The notes under the pieces were generated by a model. The model saw nothing but the letters and a program-made list of their open reading frames with translations, was not told the DNA's origin and ran no database searches. DNA of 64,000 nucleotides from Candidatus Woesebacteria bacterium (GTDB taxonomy: Bacteria; Patescibacteriota; Microgenomatia; UBA8517), in assembly GCA_963784785.1 (NCBI GenBank), contig CAWASW010000001.1:9312-73311 (forward strand). Reading direction: 5' to 3'. The translations under genes were made by a program, and so were the position numbers. Below are positions 59,861 through 64,000 of the stretch, piece by piece (the stretch's first letter is position 1; the number at the start of each line of letters is the position of its first letter).

Positions 59861-60594
59861 TTTTAATTGCAGCCTCAATTTGGCTTGCTGTTTTTAGCAT
59901 AGATGACCGGCTTCATATTATTGCTTGTGACGTTGGTCAAGGCGATGCAATTTTAATTCAAAAGAATACAACACAGATTTTAATTGATGGTGGGCCTAAT
60001 AAAAGTGTCTTAACCTGCTTGGGTAAGTACATGCCATTCTATGATAGGCAAATAGAGCTTGTAATTTTGACTCATCCTCAAGCAGATCATTATGGTGGGC
60101 TACTAGATGTCTTTAAAACTTATAACGTGGCTAAGTTTGCAGAGTATAATCGTAATTCTAGCAGTCCAGACTATAGAGTGCTACAAAATGCAGGTGTTTT
60201 GCCTATAAATCTAACAAAAGGTACTAAGATGAGGTTAGGTTTGATCTACTTAGATATAGTAGTTGAATCTAAAGAACAGGGGATCGTAACATTGCTTAGG
60301 TATTTGGATCATAAGGCCTTATTCATGGCTGATGTGGAAAATAAAGTGAGTGATGAGCTTTCAGAAAATAGCGAAATACAAAATACCGAATATATCAAAT
60401 TGAATCACCATGGTTCTAAGAATGGAATAACTCAAAAGCTACTTGATGCAGTCAAGCCTAAAACAGCTATCATAAGTGTGGGGAAGAATAGTTATGGACA
60501 TCCGAGTGAAGAAGTAATAAGGATATTGAGTGATATGAATATAAAAATAAAAAGAACTGATCAACTGGGAGATATTGATGTAGTAGTCGATTAA
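59827..60594 (+). CDS. ComEC-associated metallo-beta-lactamase domain protein (separate gene)
   Basis: DVGQGDA, LTHPQADHYGG, HHGSKN, N.YGHP; probable start ATG 59827. Confidence 0.9.
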   Translation: MVFRKNIIYFLILIAASIWLAVFSIDDRLHIIACDVGQGDAILIQKNTTQILIDGGPNKSVLTCLGKYMPFYDRQIELVILTHPQADHYGGLLDVFKTYNVAKFAEYNRNSSSPDYRVLQNAGVLPINLTKGTKMRLGLIYLDIVVESKEQGIVTLLRYLDHKALFMADVENKVSDELSENSEIQNTEYIKLNHHGSKNGITQKLLDAVKPKTAIISVGKNSYGHPSEEVIRILSDMNIKIKRTDQLGDIDVVVD

Positions 60595-60599
60595 AACAA

Positions 60600-60652
60600 A
60601 ACAAGACCGCTGGTGTTTGATAAAAATCATCAAAATACCATACGGTCTTGTT
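60600..60652. terminator. Long hairpin between convergent genes
   Basis: AACAAGACCG..TGGT..TTTGAT / ATCAAA..ACCA..CGGTCTTGTT. Confidence 0.6.
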
Positions 60653-60659
60653 ACTAAAT

Positions 60660-61286
60660 TTAGGGAAGGGGGACAATTTTGTCAAAAATGGCTGATGTAG
60701 CTTTTGACATAAAGGTTACCCAACCAATTCGGAGTTCATTTTGTTCCGGTATCGGAGAGATTACGCGAAAAACTTCGCCTGCTCCGATCAGAAAAACTAT
60801 CGTCCGCGCTCTATAATTTCTTTCGCAGACGATCATCCACTCTGTCCCATTTATTTTTTCCGAGATGGATGTTTCTCCATCTAGAAAAACGTTTTCGGAA
60901 CTGACTGGGTTCATCCCACTGGCATCTTCTGTCAATGAAACTGTGCCAACTGGGCCAATTTCGATGGTAAAATCTCCAACGCTTATTGCAGTGGAGTTAC
61001 CGTCAATTTTGACTGAGCAGACACTTTCTCCTCCAAAAACTTTTACTTCCCGCAGAGGAGTTATTCCTTTGCGTGGAACTAGATTTTTGGGTATCAATGC
61101 TGTTTCCGTAGCCAAATACTGGTGAGCAGGGCTCATCAGTGTCGGAAACGGCGATGGCGTTGGTGCAGGCGCGGTCGAGTTGACCGGTGCACAAGCGTTC
61201 ACAAACAGAATTACAAATATCGCTAGTAAAAGCAATACTCCTTCATAGGTGAAAAAACTTATGGCTAAAAATTTATTTCTTGACAT
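60660..61286 (-). CDS. Putative lipoprotein with Pro/Thr linker
   Basis: LFVNAC lipobox-like motif, PAPTPSP; AAGGAG upstream. Confidence 0.65.
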   Translation of the reverse strand: MSRNKFLAISFFTYEGVLLLLAIFVILFVNACAPVNSTAPAPTPSPFPTLMSPAHQYLATETALIPKNLVPRKGITPLREVKVFGGESVCSVKIDGNSTAISVGDFTIEIGPVGTVSLTEDASGMNPVSSENVFLDGETSISEKINGTEWMIVCERNYRARTIVFLIGAGEVFRVISPIPEQNELRIGWVTFMSKATSAIFDKIVPLP

Positions 61287-61361
61287 GATCTTCTCCTTAT
61301 TTGCAAAACAAGGTCGTACCGATTATAAAAAAATCAATCGGTACAACCCGTGCATAAAAAA

Positions 61362-61844
61362 TTATTTAATATTATCCATATAAGTTGGGGACATCTGTCC
61401 ATCCACTTGAACCCAGGCAACTAGTTGGTTTCCAATAAAAATTTGGAATGAGATTATTGCAGGATTTTGATCCTCCATCAATATTCGCTTTGTAATTGAT
61501 TGGTGATCTGTTACAGTTGGGAACTGTTGGTTCTTGGCGCAGACGGATTGATTTACACATGTGTAGAAAAAGATATTACTTAAATCAATCGAGGTCCATG
61601 ATTCAACTGTCATGTCAAACCCAATTACCCCTTTTTCATTTCGAAATGGCGCAACGACGATACGTCCTGCGCTCTTTGAAATTTCCACCTTTGCAAAAGG
61701 CAGTGGCGTAGCGCTTGGAGTTACATAAAAGTAACTCGTCGGCATCGGTGTCGCGCTCGGAGTGGGCATTGGCGCGGGCATGTTGCAGGCGAGAAGCGCT
61801 AGTATTACAAAAGTAAAAAACAAAATTTTATATTTTTTATTCAT
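61362..61844 (-). CDS. Putative lipoprotein with Pro/Thr linker
   Basis: LALLAC lipobox, PMPTPSATPMPT; AAGGAGG upstream. Confidence 0.75.
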   Translation of the reverse strand: MNKKYKILFFTFVILALLACNMPAPMPTPSATPMPTSYFYVTPSATPLPFAKVEISKSAGRIVVAPFRNEKGVIGFDMTVESWTSIDLSNIFFYTCVNQSVCAKNQQFPTVTDHQSITKRILMEDQNPAIISFQIFIGNQLVAWVQVDGQMSPTYMDNIK

Positions 61845-61902
61845 GGTGTTATCCTCCTTAAGATAACTTTAGAAAATAATTTGAACTTACACGACATTGG
61901 GC

Positions 61903-62013
61903 CTACTGGCCTTTATTTTTCAAACTGTACATTTCGTAGCTTACTGACAATACAATTAATGCTACGATGTGTACAATCAAGAATATAACTTCTGTCTTGA
62001 TTCCGAATGCCAT
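61903..62013 (-). CDS. 36-aa single-TM peptide
   Basis: MAFGIKTEVIFLIVHIVALIVLSVSYEMYSLKNKGQ; AAAGGAG upstream; not in ORF track. Confidence 0.5.
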   Translation of the reverse strand: MAFGIKTEVIFLIVHIVALIVLSVSYEMYSLKNKGQ

Positions 62014-62122
62014 CTTTTAATACTCCTTTCCCTAAAATTTTAACGAACAAAACAAAAAAATATCCGCATGTGTGGATATTTCCTATAGTATTATATCAGA
62101 AGACTAGTTTAAAGGCAAAAAA

Positions 62123-62163
62123 ATAACCTGACTAGTGTTTTGTGTTGACACCAGTCAGGTTAT
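62123..62163. terminator. Hairpin downstream of 62186..62977
   Basis: ATAACCTGACT...AGTCAGGTTAT followed on the minus strand by a T run. Confidence 0.65.
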
Positions 62164-62185
62164 ATATGTAAAAAACGGAATAAAT

Positions 62186-62977
62186 TTAAGGCGCCGGCCA
62201 GATGAAGGCAACCCCCCCGCATAATCCGTCATTGGCGATAATTTGATACCAGTTTCCTGTATATGGCATCCAATTATAGCTTTCGCCATTTTCAATTTTG
62301 CATTGGAATTCATTCGTTTCGCTATCAATTACATTTATTGACCATAGCATTTTATTTACTGTAAGTGTCCATGGGTTTTCGTGTGGCCCGTTCTTGTCCG
62401 GTAGAGGTGTCGCTAATGCTTGTGTGTATGTAGCCTTTATTTGGTATTTCTCCGTTTCATTGATCGTATCCCTACAATCAATAAAATTGTAATCACCAAG
62501 ACATACGAAATACAGGCTGTCATAGAAACCGTTATTTTTGTAAATAGCGAGTTTGCCTAACCCTTGCCCGATATCCCAAACGAATTCCCCGTCAATTTTG
62601 AGATCGGCAAATTCTCCTGTTGGAAGCAAATAGCAAGTTGCTGCTTCCCGACCAGTTAGGGGGATCCCTATTGTGGTAATGTTCGCACCCCCACATGATT
62701 CCCAAAGAATTTCGTTTCCAACAACTTGCACGGCTCTTACTGGATACGAATTTGAAGATGCAGCTTTTGTTGCTGTCATCTGTGGAATCGCGATTACAGT
62801 AGGAATTTCGTACGGAACGGCTGTCAATATGATTGCCGTTGCAGTCGACTGCACGGTTGGCTGGTCGGTGTTGATGACTGGCAGGACAACATCATTGCTT
62901 GTTGCCGCGGTGCCGCAGGCGGTAATTATTAATGCAAGTAAAAGGATTGACAAATATACAATTTTCAAACTTTTCAT
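62186..62977 (-). CDS. Putative Cys-rich lipoprotein
   Basis: Probable start MKSLKIVY after GGAGG; LIITAC lipobox; six further Cys. Confidence 0.72.
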   Translation of the reverse strand: MKSLKIVYLSILLLALIITACGTAATSNDVVLPVINTDQPTVQSTATAIILTAVPYEIPTVIAIPQMTATKAASSNSYPVRAVQVVGNEILWESCGGANITTIGIPLTGREAATCYLLPTGEFADLKIDGEFVWDIGQGLGKLAIYKNNGFYDSLYFVCLGDYNFIDCRDTINETEKYQIKATYTQALATPLPDKNGPHENPWTLTVNKMLWSINVIDSETNEFQCKIENGESYNWMPYTGNWYQIIANDGLCGGVAFIWPAP

Positions 62978-63180
62978 TTCTTCCTCCGAAGAAAAAAACA
63001 TAAATATAATAGGACGATCACGGCGACAAAATAGGCAAATCCAATTAAATCAGATTCTGTAAAAATCTGGATCCAATGGGGGATGCCTACGATTAATACG
63101 GCTAGGCCGACTAATCTTAATACAATTTGAATGGCAAGATATGCCAGCCAAGGCAAATCAGAAATCTGTATTCCTTTCAT
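62974..63180 (-). CDS. Small 2-TM protein
   Basis: 68 aa, GGAGG upstream, basic C-terminus. Confidence 0.6.
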   Translation of the reverse strand: MKGIQISDLPWLAYLAIQIVLRLVGLAVLIVGIPHWIQIFTESDLIGFAYFVAVIVLLYLCFFLRRKK

Positions 63181-63439
63181 TTTTCCTCCGAAGAAAAATT
63201 TTTGTTTCTAATTCCGTTTTTTTATCAACGAGCTTTGCGGATTATATAATATTTATTTAAATTTGACAACTATGGGTTAATTTTGATATAATTCAGCCTT
63301 GGTTTAAGATTAATGTTCCTTGAAAACTTGCTCAATTAAACGTATTACGGTCTTCAATTTTGTGCATATTTTGTGCTTAAAACTGAAGATCGTCTATACG
63401 AGATCTAAAAAATTTTTATTTTTGCTTAGGAGGCAAAAA

Positions 63440-63814
63440 ATGTTAAAACGTTTGTTCGCTCTGTTATCTGTGTTGGTTTTTGCAAGTTTGTTGATCGCCG
63501 CATGTGGAAGTGCCTCGATGTGTGACAATCAGTACGGAGGTGCAGATTTTTGCACTCCTGAAGCTGAACCAACAACAATGCCTCAGGTTGTTGTACCGAC
63601 TGAAGTCACTCGTGGAAACCCTGTTTTAGTTTCAACTTTGACTGTCGTAAATTCGACGTATGAGCAAATCACCCTAGTAGGATTTACTATAGACGGAGCT
63701 ACAGTAAAAGGTAGTGACGGGATTGAAGTTTCTGTTCCGTTATCGGGGGTTTATGTTGATGGATACCTGCTGTTGGCGCGTCCCGGATGGGTGGAAATTT
63801 GGTCAAACCAGTAA
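63440..63814 (+). CDS. Putative lipoprotein
   Basis: Probable start MLKRLFALL after AGGAGG; LLIAAC lipobox, PT-rich linker. Confidence 0.72.
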   Translation: MLKRLFALLSVLVFASLLIAACGSASMCDNQYGGADFCTPEAEPTTMPQVVVPTEVTRGNPVLVSTLTVVNSTYEQITLVGFTIDGATVKGSDGIEVSVPLSGVYVDGYLLLARPGWVEIWSNQ

Positions 63815-63913
63815 TTTTTTTGAGCAAGTAGAATAAAAGTAGCGGATGCTAACAATAAATAACCAACAAATTGTTACGTATCCGCTACTGAAAGACCCCT
63901 AAAACTTCACTTT

Positions 63914-63944
63914 CAGATTGCCACGCTTCGCTCGCAATGACACA
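63914..63944. repeat. REP-like repeat
   Basis: CAGATTGCCACGCTTCGCTCGCAATGACACA; same family as 18967 and 49078. Confidence 0.85.
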
Positions 63945-64000
63945 ATATCGCAATTTTGTATCCACTTCTTGACAAATATGTGTAAATCTGTAATAATTTT

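Noticed and set aside
60600-63900. Integron cassette array
   Set aside because: Hairpins between genes lack consistent RYYYAAC/GTTRRRY attC ends, genes are on both strands, and no intI is seen

Overview
AT-rich bacterial window whose gene content and style (mostly leaderless genes, split comEC, giant surface proteins, PaaX-like regulator) suggest a CPR/Patescibacteria genome, probably Microgenomates; this assignment is inference. Left arm: an operon with tatC and three tatA genes, directly downstream of large Thr/Gly-rich, signal-less, phage-fibre-like proteins. Also there are a PaaX-like regulator flanked by a 28-bp direct repeat, a RhuM gene and a TPR-GT41/FkbM/GT4 glycosylation trio. Middle: a decaying signalling island hit by two MULE/IS256-like IS and two copies of a 195-bp MITE, and a 2-TM protein with an internal twin-arginine signal. 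Next come LysM-M23, GH39, SIMPL and Fic genes, a 1548-aa toxin-like protein with a candidate ADP-ribosyltransferase domain, tRNA-Ala(CGC), and a 2122-aa fibre protein with a cytoplasmic integrase-SAM-like head next to a CCG-motif array. Right arm: WxL-like surface cluster, BrnT/BrnA, leuS, comEA interrupted by an IS200, split comEC, and a Shine-Dalgarno-led lipoprotein island. Best candidate for a new system: a domesticated phage-like fibre complex glycosylated in the cytoplasm and exported folded by Tat through a membrane-anchored RR adaptor. All family calls come from motif recognition by eye; no searches were run.
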